The position numbers were made by a program, and so were the translations under genes. 30,722 nt of DNA from Gemmatimonadota bacterium (GTDB lineage: Bacteria > Gemmatimonadota > Gemmatimonadetes > Palauibacterales > Palauibacteraceae). Each line of letters begins with the position of its first letter. Within the stretch, counting starts at the first letter, position 1. Below the pieces are notes generated by a model. That model saw nothing but the letters and a program-made list of their open reading frames with translations. It did no database searches and was not told the DNA's origin. Of this stretch, positions 18,726 through 28,507 are shown in pieces. Location of the stretch: the NCBI GenBank assembly GCA_039588275.1, contig JBDHAC010000040.1, positions 26,513 to 57,234 of the forward strand, read 5' to 3'.

Positions 18726-19729
18726 CGGCCATCCGGGTGCGGGTCACGCGAGGGGGACGGACGGAGTCGGAACACACGGTCCACGGGCTCGTCGTAGGGC
18801 TCGACCGAGGGGTCGAGCAGCGCTTCGGGGATCCTGGTCAGGCAGCCTTCTGGCGCTCCTCTATGAAGCCGTTTCAGACACTCCCGCTGCTGTTGGACGG
18901 TGCGGCGGATCACTTCGCGCTCACGTCCGAAGAGCTCGCGCTCTGCAGTGGATCGCATCACGGCACCGTAGACCACGTCGAGCGGGTGGCCGACCTGCTC
19001 GCTCGCCTCGGTCTTGACGCCAACGCCCTCGCGTGCGGGCCTCACCGGCCGTTCGATGAGGAGTCGGCCCGCGCTCTCGAATGCGCCTCCCTGGCCCCGG
19101 AGCGCCTGCACAACAACTGCTCGGGGAAGCACACGGGCATGTTGGCGCTCGCCCTCCACCACGGGTGGGAGGTCGAGGGCTATGAGAGGCATGATCATCC
19201 CGTGCAGGCCCGGATTCGTTCCGAGCTCCGCGCTTGGCTGCGACCCGACCCCGAGCAGCTCGCCTGGGCACCGGATGGGTGCGGAGTTCCCACACCCTTG
19301 CTACCCCTGCGCGAGATGGCGGGTGCGTACGCCCGTCTCGCTCGTGAGACGAACGGGGCGCCCTCTTCCGTTGTGAGCGCGATGATAACGCACCCGCATC
19401 TTGTGTCCGGATCGAAGGCGCTCTCCGCACGAGTCATGCGCAGCACCGAGGGCCGCGTGCTCGCGAAGGAGGGCGCGGAAGGGGTCTTCTGCGTCGCGGG
19501 GCTGGACGCGGGGTGGGGAGCGGCGCTGAAGGTGACGGATGGAACCACGCGCGCGGTGGCGCCCGCATTGCTTGCCATGTTGGAGATCCTGGGCCTCTTG
19601 TCCACGGTAGAGCTGGAGATGCTCGCGGATCTTCGCCGCCCTCCTGTCTACAACACGCATTGTGACGTGGTCGGGTATCTGGAGGCGGTCGCCGAGCCCG
19701 AGACCGGCGCGGCGGGTCCGATCGAATGA
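18722..19729 (+). CDS. Class 3 (Rhizobium etli-type, Asparaginase_II) L-asparaginase family protein
   Basis: RGG..ES.H, RSSMKPFQ, CSGSHHG, HNNCSGKH, DGCG.P, AKEGAEGV, LKV.DG..RA; GTGA overlap with the upstream stop. Confidence 0.93.
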   Translation: MTAIRVRVTRGGRTESEHTVHGLVVGLDRGVEQRFGDPGQAAFWRSSMKPFQTLPLLLDGAADHFALTSEELALCSGSHHGTVDHVERVADLLARLGLDANALACGPHRPFDEESARALECASLAPERLHNNCSGKHTGMLALALHHGWEVEGYERHDHPVQARIRSELRAWLRPDPEQLAWAPDGCGVPTPLLPLREMAGAYARLARETNGAPSSVVSAMITHPHLVSGSKALSARVMRSTEGRVLAKEGAEGVFCVAGLDAGWGAALKVTDGTTRAVAPALLAMLEILGLLSTVELEMLADLRRPPVYNTHCDVVGYLEAVAEPETGAAGPIE

Positions 19730-20367
19730 TGCGAAGTCTCGATCCGAGGACCCGGGTTCTTGCAGAGCTCTCGGGCGCGCTGCCTGGCGGCCGGATGGCC
19801 GAAATCGAGCGCGCGCTGGAGAGTGCAGCCGAGGTCGCAGAGCCCGTAACGGTGGAGGAGATACTGCTTCAGGCCTACCTGTTCGTGGGATTTCCGACCG
19901 TGTTGAACGCGATGACCGTGTGGCGAGGGCTGTCCGACGGGCCGGCCGTCGAAGAGGAGGGCATCGGGGACCTGGCGATGTGGCGGCGACGCGGCGAATC
20001 GCTGTGTGCGCGCGTGTACGGCCCGGCCTACGAACGACTCCGCCGCAACGTGGAGCGGCTTCACCCGGCACTCGATAGATGGATGGTAGAGGAGGGGTAC
20101 GGGAAAGTACTGAGTCGGTCCGCGACGGATGAGGTCACGCGCGAGCTCTGTATCGTCGCCCTGCTGGGAGCCGCGAACCACGAGCGTCAGCTTCACTCGC
20201 ACCTGCTGGGCGCGCTCAACTTGGGCGCGCGGCCCGAGAGCGTGGAGGAGGCGCTGGAAGTGGGGCTCGCCCGGATCGGGGGCCCCGAGGATGCGAACAG
20301 GCTGAGAGCGCTATGGCAGCGCGTGAGGAGTTCCAGGTGTTCGTCGACTTCGCCCGCATCAGGGTGA
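19726..20367 (+). CDS. Carboxymuconolactone decarboxylase (CMD) family protein
   Basis: EEILLQAYLFVGFP..LNA, YGKVLSR, RELC.VA.L, QL.SHL.GALNLGA; two CMD-like repeats, no AhpD CxxC. Confidence 0.85.
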   Translation: MMRSLDPRTRVLAELSGALPGGRMAEIERALESAAEVAEPVTVEEILLQAYLFVGFPTVLNAMTVWRGLSDGPAVEEEGIGDLAMWRRRGESLCARVYGPAYERLRRNVERLHPALDRWMVEEGYGKVLSRSATDEVTRELCIVALLGAANHERQLHSHLLGALNLGARPESVEEALEVGLARIGGPEDANRLRALWQRVRSSRCSSTSPASG

Positions 20368-21380
20368 AGGCCGGCGCCGGTGGCGCGGGCGCGGTTGCCT
20401 TTCGGCGCGAAAGGGGCGTCCCCCGCGGCGGACCCAGCGGCGGGGACGGCGGTGACGGCGGGGACGTAATCCTGAAGGCGGACACCGAGCTCGATACGCT
20501 ACTCGATTACCGCTACCGCGAGAATTACCAGGCGGGTCGAGCCGGCCACGGCGAAGGGGCGAATCGAACGGGCGCCTCCGGAGACGACCTGGTGCTGCCC
20601 GTCCCCCTCGGAACCGTCGTGCACGATGGCGACACCGGTGCACGGCTCGGAGAGCTCTTAGCGGAGGGCGATACGCTGATCGTCGCTCGTGGCGGTCGCG
20701 GGGGACGCGGCAACGCCTCGTTTGCCACCTCCACGCACCGAGCGCCGAGAGATTGGGAGCCGGGCAAGTGGGGAGAGGAGCGGCGCATCGCCCTGGAGCT
20801 CAAGTTGATCGCGGACGTGGGTCTCGTTGGCGAGCCCAACGCCGGCAAGTCGACGTTCCTGGCGAGCGTTTCAGCTGCTCGACCGAAGGTGGCCGAGTAC
20901 CCGTTCACGACCCTGTCCCCGAACCTCGGCGTCGTGGGCCTCAGCGAAGGCCGTTCGTTCGTGATCGCGGACATTCCGGGGATCATCGAGGGCGCACACG
21001 AGGGTCGCGGACTCGGTACCCAGTTCCTGCGTCACATCGAGCGAACCAGGACCCTGGCATTGCTTCTGCCGATCGACACCGAGGACATCCAGGCGCTGTA
21101 TGAGCTCCTCCGGAACGAGCTTCGATCGCACGCCGTGGCGTTGGCCGGGATTCCCCATTGCGTTCTCATCACGAAGTCGGATCTCTTGCCCCCTGACGAA
21201 CGGCGCATCGGGCTCGACGCGCCGGAAGCCTGGGGTACGTTCGTGATCTCGTCCGTGACCCGTGAGGGCCTACCAGATCTGTGCGAGGACCTTTGGAGAC
21301 GGGTCCGGGAGGAGAAGGAGCGGAGCGGCGCGGGGGAATCGCACGATCCCTTCAGCGGGATCGAGCAGTGGCGACCGTAA
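20337..21380 (+). CDS. obgE: GTPase ObgE/CgtA
   Basis: FVD...V.AG.GG.G...FRRE..VP.GGP.GGDGG.GG, G1 GEPNAGKST, YPFTTL.PNLG, DIPGIIEGA, TKSD; GTG 20337 with GAGGAG RBS; short C-terminus. Confidence 0.97.
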   Translation: MFVDFARIRVKAGAGGAGAVAFRRERGVPRGGPSGGDGGDGGDVILKADTELDTLLDYRYRENYQAGRAGHGEGANRTGASGDDLVLPVPLGTVVHDGDTGARLGELLAEGDTLIVARGGRGGRGNASFATSTHRAPRDWEPGKWGEERRIALELKLIADVGLVGEPNAGKSTFLASVSAARPKVAEYPFTTLSPNLGVVGLSEGRSFVIADIPGIIEGAHEGRGLGTQFLRHIERTRTLALLLPIDTEDIQALYELLRNELRSHAVALAGIPHCVLITKSDLLPPDERRIGLDAPEAWGTFVISSVTREGLPDLCEDLWRRVREEKERSGAGESHDPFSGIEQWRP

Positions 21381-22555
21381 CGTCTCGCACCACCGACGCC
21401 GCCCCCACGCTCGAAACGCGCTCGGCCCTGGCGCTTTTTGGGATACCCGGTCTGGGGCCCAAGACGATCCGGCATCTGATCGATCGACACGGGTCGGCAC
21501 GCGCGGTGGTCGAAGCATTCCGCGGTCCGACGCCTCCGGAGACGAGCGTCGACGCGGGCCCGCGTCTGTCCAGTCGCCTGACAGCCGCCATCGCCTCGGT
21601 GGCACCCGCCGATTCGAATGTCATCGAACAGCTCTCGCGACGCGGGATCCATACGGTTACCTACGGGACGCCCGCGTACCCACACCCGCTCACGCACCTG
21701 CCCGACCCGCCTACGGTGCTGTTCACTCGCGGCTCCCGTCCGTTGACGGAGCCGCGACGCGTAGCGGTCGTCGGGACGCGCTCGGCCACCCCCTACGGCT
21801 GCGCGCTCGCCGAGCGGATCGGTGCGGGGCTCGCTCGACGCGGGTGGGTCGTGGTCAGTGGCATGGCGCGTGGTATCGATGCGGTGGCGCACCGCGCTGC
21901 CCTCGACGCGGGTGGGGCATCGATCGGGATTCTCGGATCAGGTCTCGACTACGAGTTCCCGGCCGAGAACCGGCCCCTGTACAGACAGATGCGCGTGCGC
22001 GGAATGCTCGTGAGCGAGTTCCCTCCGTCGCAGCCGCCCACGGCCGGGTGTTTCCCACGGCGAAATCGTTTGATCGCTGCCCTTTCGAAAGCGGTGATCG
22101 TCGTACAGGCGGGCCGTCGGAGCGGTGCGCTCAACACGGCGGGCCACGCGCTGGACCTGGGCCGGGAGGTCTTCGCCGTTCCCGGCCCGGTGGGCCCGGG
22201 GGTGAGCGTCGGCGTCCACGAGTTGCTCCGCGACGGGGCAGGCGTGGCGACGAGCGCGGATGAGGTGCTCGAAGCGCTCGGGTTCCCTCCGCCTCGGTCC
22301 TCCGGGCGCCCGGCCGCGGCGTCCGTCGCCGCGACCCGGCTCGGACCTCGAGCCAAGCGCATTCTGCATCGCCTCGAGGGTGGCGCCTGCGGGGTAGACG
22401 AGCTGGCCGCGAGCGCGGCGCTCGATCCCGGAGCGGCCCTGGCGTTGATCAGCAGGTTGGAGCTGGACGGATGGATCGTCGGCAGGCCGGGCGGACTCTT
22501 CGAACGCTCGCAGGCGGGACCGGCTGCGCCCGCGGGCCATGTCGGGCGCGCGTGA
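21368..22555 (+). CDS. dprA: DNA-processing protein DprA
   Basis: IPGLGP HhH, YP..L..L.DPP.VLF, VAVVGTR..T.YG, VSGMARGID..AH, FPRRNRLIA, SGAL.TA..AL..GREVFAVPG, C-terminal LEL.G winged helix. Confidence 0.95.
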   Translation: MATVTSRTTDAAPTLETRSALALFGIPGLGPKTIRHLIDRHGSARAVVEAFRGPTPPETSVDAGPRLSSRLTAAIASVAPADSNVIEQLSRRGIHTVTYGTPAYPHPLTHLPDPPTVLFTRGSRPLTEPRRVAVVGTRSATPYGCALAERIGAGLARRGWVVVSGMARGIDAVAHRAALDAGGASIGILGSGLDYEFPAENRPLYRQMRVRGMLVSEFPPSQPPTAGCFPRRNRLIAALSKAVIVVQAGRRSGALNTAGHALDLGREVFAVPGPVGPGVSVGVHELLRDGAGVATSADEVLEALGFPPPRSSGRPAAASVAATRLGPRAKRILHRLEGGACGVDELAASAALDPGAALALISRLELDGWIVGRPGGLFERSQAGPAAPAGHVGRA

Positions 22556-23784
22556 CGGTCGGCAAGAGGCCCCGAAGACCGCCGGCCCAAACGCCGGTCG
22601 GGCTTGCCGCATTTCCGGCGCTCGATGAATCGCGGGCTCCACGCAGCCTGTACCTACACTTTCCCTTCTGCCGTCACCGATGTCACTACTGTGACTTCTC
22701 GGTGAAGCGGGCTCGCGACGCTCCGATCGCGGAATGGATCGGGTGCCTCGAATCAGAGCTGGAGCAGTGGTTCGGCAGAGCGGGCTGGGATCCCCCGCTC
22801 CAGCTCGACACCATATTCATCGGTGGCGGGACGCCGTCACTGCTCGGCTCGTATGGGGTGGTGGTCCTCGCGCGGCTCCTGGAGGGCTGGTTCAGCTACG
22901 GCGGCAAGGCAGTCGAGTGGACGGTCGAGGCCAACCCAGCCTCGTTCGACAGGAACATCGCCGAAGCCTGGCGAGCGGTAGGCGTCAATCGCATCAGCCT
23001 CGGCATCCAATCCCTGGACGACGGCGTCTTGCGCTGGCTTGGGCGCCTGCACGACGTGAACGGGGCATGGAGCGCTCTGCGGGCTGCTTCGGACGCCGGA
23101 TTCGAGCACGTCAGTGCGGATCTGATGTTCGGGCTACCGGAGGACGTCAGGCGAGACTGGTCGTGGGAGATCGAGCGCATCGTGTCGAGTGGAGTCGGCC
23201 ACGTGAGCGCGTACGGGCTGACCGTCGAGCCGCGCACTCCTCTCCACCGGTGGATCGAGCTGGGCCGGCTCCCGGCGCCCGACCCTGGTCTTTACGCCGA
23301 GGAATACCTTCAGCTCGCCTCCATCTTGCGTACCGCCGGTTTCGCGCACTACGAAGTTTCAAATTTCGCCAGGGCGGGGGAGGAGTGCCTGCACAACTGG
23401 CAGTACTGGAACGGGGCCGCCTATCTTGGCCTCGGGCCCTCTGCTCACAGCTTCCTGCCACCGCTTCGATTGTGGAACGTGTTTCGCTGGGATGCGTATC
23501 GTGGGGCGATCCATGACGGTAGCACGGTAACCTCGGGCTGGGAAAACGTGACGGGCGACGAGCGGGAGCTGGAGCGGATATGGCTTTCGCTGCGTACGAG
23601 GGACGGGCTCCCGGACGACGACTCCATCTGGGCGCGCCGTGCGATGAAGACCGCCCGCGACCGATGGGTGCGGGCGGGTTGGCTGGAGCGGCGGCGAGGG
23701 CACATCGTGGCCACGGCAGAAGGTTGGTTGCGGCTCGATGCTCTCGTGGCGGAACTCGCATCGAGCGGCGAGGATCGAGGCTGA
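22552..23784 (+). CDS. hemW: Radical SAM heme chaperone HemW (HemN-like)
   Basis: LYLHFPFCRHRCHYCDF (CxxxCxxC), GGGTPS, EANP, NRISLGIQS, YEVSNFA, HNWQYW, YLGLGPSAHS; directly upstream of hrcA. Confidence 0.93.
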   Translation: MTVGKRPRRPPAQTPVGLAAFPALDESRAPRSLYLHFPFCRHRCHYCDFSVKRARDAPIAEWIGCLESELEQWFGRAGWDPPLQLDTIFIGGGTPSLLGSYGVVVLARLLEGWFSYGGKAVEWTVEANPASFDRNIAEAWRAVGVNRISLGIQSLDDGVLRWLGRLHDVNGAWSALRAASDAGFEHVSADLMFGLPEDVRRDWSWEIERIVSSGVGHVSAYGLTVEPRTPLHRWIELGRLPAPDPGLYAEEYLQLASILRTAGFAHYEVSNFARAGEECLHNWQYWNGAAYLGLGPSAHSFLPPLRLWNVFRWDAYRGAIHDGSTVTSGWENVTGDERELERIWLSLRTRDGLPDDDSIWARRAMKTARDRWVRAGWLERRRGHIVATAEGWLRLDALVAELASSGEDRG

Positions 23785-23791
23785 GTCGGTG

Positions 23792-24838
23792 ATGACGACC
23801 CCCAATCTCACGGAGAGAGAGAAGGCGGTGTTGGCGGCCGTGATCGACTCGTATGTCCGTACCGCGGCCCCTGCGGGCTCGCGGCGCCTCGCCCGGGAGT
23901 ACAACCTGGGGGTCTCCCCGGCCACGGTCCGCAACACGATGGCGGACCTGGAGGAGAAGGGGTTCCTGGCGCACCCGCATACGTCCGCGGGTCGGATGCC
24001 GACCGACCTCGCATATCGCTACTACGTCGACGACCTGATGGGGCACATGCCCGTGCCGTCGCGGCAGCGAGCCAAGATCGAGAAGGAGCTCACATCCGCT
24101 CAGATCTCGGCCATGGAGCAACTCGTGGCCCGTGCCGCGCGCGTTCTGAGCCTGCTGACGGGCGAGCTGGGACTCGCGGTCGGCCCGACGCTCGCTTCCG
24201 CGACGCTCCAGCGCCTCGAACTGGTCCCCGTGACCTCCGAGAAGGCGCTCATGGTGCTGACTCTCGAGTCCGGTGTCGTTCGCACCGTCTATGTCGATCT
24301 GCCTTCCTCTCTCCCGCGGCCGACGCTCGAATCCGTGGCCGGCGCGCTGAGCGAGCGGCTGTCGGGGAGCACGCTGCACGAGATCCAGGAATCGCTCAGC
24401 GACCGGCTGCGCGACCTGACGTTCGAGGATCGGTCTGCCGAGGAGCTGATCAACATCTTCGTGCAGAGCGGTCCCGAGATCTTCGAGTGGGCTCTGCGTG
24501 AGCGGCAGCTACATTTGGGGAGCACTGCCGCGCTCGCCGGACAGCCCGAATTCACAACCGGCGATCGGCTCCGCGAACTGATCGCGCTGACCGAACGTCG
24601 GGAGCTGCTGGCTTCCGTATTGGGAGAGCGAGAGGCGGCGGAAGGTCCTCAAGTCACGATCGGTACGGAGCACGGAAAGCCGGAGCTGGAGGAGCTCACC
24701 ATCGTCACGGCCAACTACTCGGTGGGTAGCCTGCAAGGGACGGTCGGTGTGATCGGACCTACGCGCATGCCGTATGACAAGGTGGTCGCCATCGTGGACT
24801 GCACGTCCGCCCTGGTCTCGAAGCTCGTGCAGAAATGA
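23792..24838 (+). CDS. hrcA: Heat-inducible transcription repressor HrcA
   Basis: LTERE..VL..V.D.Y..TA.P.GSR, SPATVRNTMADLEE.G.L..PHTSAGR.PT...YRYYVD, GVIGPTRMPY. Confidence 0.97.
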   Translation: MTTPNLTEREKAVLAAVIDSYVRTAAPAGSRRLAREYNLGVSPATVRNTMADLEEKGFLAHPHTSAGRMPTDLAYRYYVDDLMGHMPVPSRQRAKIEKELTSAQISAMEQLVARAARVLSLLTGELGLAVGPTLASATLQRLELVPVTSEKALMVLTLESGVVRTVYVDLPSSLPRPTLESVAGALSERLSGSTLHEIQESLSDRLRDLTFEDRSAEELINIFVQSGPEIFEWALRERQLHLGSTAALAGQPEFTTGDRLRELIALTERRELLASVLGEREAAEGPQVTIGTEHGKPELEELTIVTANYSVGSLQGTVGVIGPTRMPYDKVVAIVDCTSALVSKLVQK

Positions 24839-24916
24839 GAGTGAGAAGGCCCGAGCACGAGCCGCTGATCGGATGGCGGACGGCTGAACGGCGAGGATCC
24901 TGAGCGACAGGTGGGG

Positions 24917-26047
24917 ATGGACTACTACGAGACTCTAGGGGTCGCGCGCGAGGCGGACGCCGAGGCGATCAAGAAGGCGTATCGCCAGCTCGCGATGCGG
25001 TATCATCCCGACCGCAACGCCGAAGCCGACGCCGAGGAGCGGTTCAAGGAGGTCACGGAAGCCTACGAAGTGCTTCGCGACCCCGAGAAGCGAGCCCGCT
25101 ACGATCGCTACGGAGAGGCTGGGGTCCGCCCCGGCGCCGGGCCATTCGGCGGCTTCGGGGGGTTCGCCGATGCTCTCGAGGTCTTCATGCGCGAGTTCGG
25201 TGTCGGTGGGCTCGGCGACATGTTCGGTGCGCAACGAGCTCGCTCGGAACCGAGGCGCGGCAGCAGCCTCAAGGTTTCGGTGCGAGTCACGCTCGCCGAG
25301 GCTGCCGCTGGGGTCCAACGGACGATCCAGGTCCCGATCATGCAGACGTGCGAGCGGTGCGCTGGAAAGGGTGCGGAGCCCGGCTCTGCGGTCCGCACCT
25401 GCCCCACCTGCCAGGGCGCCGGCGAGGTCCGACAGGTCCAGCGATCCATGCTGGGTCAGTTCGTGAGCGTGAGACCGTGTCCGGAATGCCACGGTGAGGG
25501 TACGCGGATCGAGCGACCGTGCGAGGCGTGCGACGCGGCCGGTCGAGTGCGCCGCGACAAGAAGATCAAGATCGACGTCCCGGCGGGCATCTCGTCCGAG
25601 GACTACCTGAAGCTGCGCGGGCGGGGGAACGACGGAGTCCGTGGCGGGCCACCCGGAGACATCATCGTCCGCGTCGACGTCGAGCCCGACGAGCGCTTCC
25701 AACGGCGGGGCGACGACCTCGTCTGCGATCTGCCGATTACGTTCAGTCAGGCAGCGCTCGGGGCCGAGGTCAGGGTCCCTACGATAGATGGAGACGCCGA
25801 GCTTGCCATTCCGGCCGGAATCCAGAGCGGTCAGCTACTACGGATGCGGGCCAAGGGGATGCCGCATCTGAGGAGCAACGGCCGCGGGGATCAGCTCGTG
25901 CGCGTGCTGGTCTGGACGCCTACCGATCTGAGCTCCGATCAGCGGGAAGTCCTGCGTGCGCTCGCGGATGTGGAAGTGGAGCCGCCCGAGCCACGGAAGG
26001 ACGATCCGGGGTTTTGGGAGCGCGTAAAGGCCGCATTCACCGCCTGA
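24917..26047 (+). CDS. dnaJ: Chaperone protein DnaJ
   Basis: [11 protein letters not shown] motif, G/F region, four zinc repeats ([32 protein letters not shown]), C-terminal domain. GTG 24911 is an alternative start. Confidence 0.97.
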   Translation: MDYYETLGVAREADAEAIKKAYRQLAMRYHPDRNAEADAEERFKEVTEAYEVLRDPEKRARYDRYGEAGVRPGAGPFGGFGGFADALEVFMREFGVGGLGDMFGAQRARSEPRRGSSLKVSVRVTLAEAAAGVQRTIQVPIMQTCERCAGKGAEPGSAVRTCPTCQGAGEVRQVQRSMLGQFVSVRPCPECHGEGTRIERPCEACDAAGRVRRDKKIKIDVPAGISSEDYLKLRGRGNDGVRGGPPGDIIVRVDVEPDERFQRRGDDLVCDLPITFSQAALGAEVRVPTIDGDAELAIPAGIQSGQLLRMRAKGMPHLRSNGRGDQLVRVLVWTPTDLSSDQREVLRALADVEVEPPEPRKDDPGFWERVKAAFTA

Positions 26048-26087
26048 CCGGCGCTCGGTCCTCGCGCTCGCGGGATCGCCCGGCTGG

Positions 26088-26837
26088 TTACCGGCGCGGC
26101 AACTGAGCGATCGCGTCCCGATCCAGAATCCACACACCCCGCCTGGCCAGCCGCGCCGGACACCGGCTGGGATGCGCGCCTTCCGCGAGGGCGTTGCGGA
26201 TCGCGCGCGCCTTGGAGCTGCCGCTCGCCAGAACGATGACCAGCCGGGCCAGTTGGATGACCGGCGGCGTGATGGTAATTCGTTGAGAGGGCTCGCTGGG
26301 TGCCAGCGCCGGTAGCACGCGCCGCGTTCTCTCGGAGAGGGCCGACTCCCCGGGGAAGAGGGAAGCCGTGTGCCCGTCCTCGCCGATGCCGAGGATCAGA
26401 AGGTCCAGACGGGATGGCAGGAGCCGGTCGTATGCCGTGGCGGCTTCATGGATGTCGGGTCGCTCGGCTTCCATACGGTGGACTTGATCCGCCTCGATCG
26501 GGACTCGAGACAGTAGCGTGTCCGCGGCGAGTAAGTAATTGCTCGCCGGATCGTCCGGAGGCACCGCTCGTTCATCCGCGAAGAAGATCCGCGTCCGCGA
26601 CCACGGCAGTTCGGGTTCCATCGCCAAACGCTCGTAGACCGGGCCCGGCGTCGACCCGCCGGATAGGGCCACGGATATCGTCTCGACCTCGCTCATCGCG
26701 CGCAGCTTGTGACCGATGAACGAAGCAGCGGTGGCGGCGAACGATTCAGGACGAGTCACGATTTGGTAGCCCCCGCCGGCCATGGTCGGGGAGAGCGTTC
26801 GGACTCGACCCGCAATCCGCGCGTCGGGCTCAGGCAT
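26088..26837 (-). CDS. pgl: 6-phosphogluconolactonase
   Basis: ALSGGSTP, FFADERAVPPDDPASNY, LILGIGEDGHTASLFPG, RITIT. ATG 26837 has a GAGG RBS; ATG 26783 is an alternative. Confidence 0.93.
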   Translation of the reverse strand: MPEPDARIAGRVRTLSPTMAGGGYQIVTRPESFAATAASFIGHKLRAMSEVETISVALSGGSTPGPVYERLAMEPELPWSRTRIFFADERAVPPDDPASNYLLAADTLLSRVPIEADQVHRMEAERPDIHEAATAYDRLLPSRLDLLILGIGEDGHTASLFPGESALSERTRRVLPALAPSEPSQRITITPPVIQLARLVIVLASGSSKARAIRNALAEGAHPSRCPARLARRGVWILDRDAIAQLPRR

Positions 26838-26890
26838 CGTTCCTCGTGAGCCTCGCCCGGGCGACTCGCGGAGAGACTCCCGAACGGCCG

Positions 26891-28024
26891 CTAGATCCCG
26901 CTGCCGGCGAGGAGCGCATCGCGCCGCTGAGCCAGGTTCTGCAGTAACGCGTCGAACGGGACGACGAACTTCGCCACGCCCTCGTCGAGGAGTTGCTCCG
27001 TAACTGCCTCGAAGTCGATGCCCGCCCGCTGCAGACGCGCCATGACCTGGACGGCCTCCTCCAGACCGGCCTGCACGGTATCGGCAACGTGTCCGTGCTC
27101 CTTGAACGCGGAGATCGTACTCTCGGGCATCGTATTGATCGTGTGCGTGCCGATAAGGGGCTCGACGTACTTCACGTCGGGGTACGCCGGGTTCTTCGTG
27201 CTCGTGCTCGCCCACAACATGCGTTGCGGCCGCGCCCCGGCTTCGGCGAGGCGTCGCCAGCGTTCGCTCGCCGACAACTGCCGGAAGCTGCGGTAGGCGA
27301 GCTTGGCATTCGCCACGGCCGCCTGGCCGACCAGCGCATCGATGGATTCATCCTCGACGCCTGGTCGGTCCCCGCGCTCCTGCAGTCGTTGATCGGTCAG
27401 AGTGTCGATCCGGCTGAGGAAGAAGCTGGCCACGGAAGCCATGTCATCGACTCGCTGGCCGGCCGCGAGGCGTTCTTCCAACGCACTCATATAGGCATCG
27501 GCGACGGCCTCGTACGCCTCGATGGCGAACAGGAGCGTGACGTTCACGTTTACCCCGGCCAGCAGGGCCCGACGAATTGCCGGCACGCCGGCCCGTGTCC
27601 CGGGGATCTTGATCAGGACGTTCGGGCGATCCACTTCGCCGTACAGTCGACACGCCTCGTCGAGCGTTTCGTCGGTCTCGTGCGCCAGGTGCGGCGACAC
27701 CTCGAGACTCACGTAGCCATCCACTCCCTCGGACGCATCGAACACCGGGTGGAGCAGGTCACACGCGGCACGGACGTCCGCGACCGTGAGGCGCTCGTAG
27801 ATCGCTTCGACGCTAAGACCCTCCGCGGCGAAACGTGCGATGTCCTCGTCGTATTCCTCTCCCCCCGAAATAGCCTTGTTGAAGATGGCTGGATTGGATG
27901 TGATCCCACGCAATCCTTCTTCGGTGATCCGCCGCTCGAGCTTGCCATTCTGGATCATCTCGCGAGTGAGGTTGTCCAGCCAGAAGCTCTGCCCGTACTC
28001 GTGTAGCTGAAGCAGCGGGTTCAT
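26891..28024 (-). CDS. tal: Transaldolase (long type)
   Basis: GQSFWLDN, GITSNPAIF, DGYVSLEVSP, NVLIKIPGT, NVNVTLLF, SVASFFLSRID, LWASTSTKNP; ATGA overlap with the rpiB stop. Confidence 0.97.
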   Translation of the reverse strand: MNPLLQLHEYGQSFWLDNLTREMIQNGKLERRITEEGLRGITSNPAIFNKAISGGEEYDEDIARFAAEGLSVEAIYERLTVADVRAACDLLHPVFDASEGVDGYVSLEVSPHLAHETDETLDEACRLYGEVDRPNVLIKIPGTRAGVPAIRRALLAGVNVNVTLLFAIEAYEAVADAYMSALEERLAAGQRVDDMASVASFFLSRIDTLTDQRLQERGDRPGVEDESIDALVGQAAVANAKLAYRSFRQLSASERWRRLAEAGARPQRMLWASTSTKNPAYPDVKYVEPLIGTHTINTMPESTISAFKEHGHVADTVQAGLEEAVQVMARLQRAGIDFEAVTEQLLDEGVAKFVVPFDALLQNLAQRRDALLAGSGI

Positions 28025-28500
28025 CGAATGCCCTCCGCGCTCTCGGGTCGTTTGAGGAAGCGTCGTTCTATCGAGCGAACCTTTTCGAGACGTCTCAGGT
28101 GTCGAGGCTCGGCGCTGAAACGGGCGCCGAGGAAGGCGCGGACCACCTCGCGCGCGACCTCGATCCCGATCACTCGCTCGCCCAGGCAGAGCACGTTCAT
28201 ATCGTCGTGATCCACCGCCTGGCGGGCCGAGTAGGTCTCGTGGCAGACGCCGGCGCGGACGCCGGGGAATTTGTTCGCCGTGATACAAACCCCGACCGCA
28301 CTCCCACACACGAGGACCCCACGCTCGGCGGCTCCCGAGCTCACCGCCTCCGCCACCAGGGCGGCGTAGTCGGGATAGTCGACCGATTCCGGACCGTCCG
28401 TGCCGTGGTCGACGACCTCGTGCCCGCTGGCGCGCAGTTGCTCGGCGATCGACTGCTTGTACTGGAATCCGGCGTGGTCCGCGGCGATCGCTATGCGCAT
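28021..28500 (-). CDS. rpiB: Ribose-5-phosphate isomerase B
   Basis: MRIAIAADHAG, VDYPD, GVLVCGS.VG..I.ANK.PGVRA, HDDMNVLCLG.RVIG, RH.RR..K. Confidence 0.96.
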   Translation of the reverse strand: MRIAIAADHAGFQYKQSIAEQLRASGHEVVDHGTDGPESVDYPDYAALVAEAVSSGAAERGVLVCGSAVGVCITANKFPGVRAGVCHETYSARQAVDHDDMNVLCLGERVIGIEVAREVVRAFLGARFSAEPRHLRRLEKVRSIERRFLKRPESAEGIR

Positions 28501-28507
28501 CTGGCTC

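Noticed and set aside
20337..20367. Frameshift or fusion between the CMD gene and obgE
   Set aside because: obgE has its own GAGGAG RBS and a GTG giving the canonical MFVD start; this is a simple 31-nt overlap.
21262..22263. 333-aa alternative-frame ORF over dprA, and similar Arg-rich overlapping ORFs elsewhere (e.g. 23147-24379, 26993-28006)
   Set aside because: Off-frame or antisense ORFs overlapping well-supported genes; stop-codon scarcity in GC-rich DNA.
26838..27215. Long N-terminal extension of pgl in the ORF track (possible tal-pgl fusion or frameshift)
   Set aside because: The extension is an off-frame read of tal; tal has an intact C-terminus and stop at 26891, and pgl has its own RBS and ATG.
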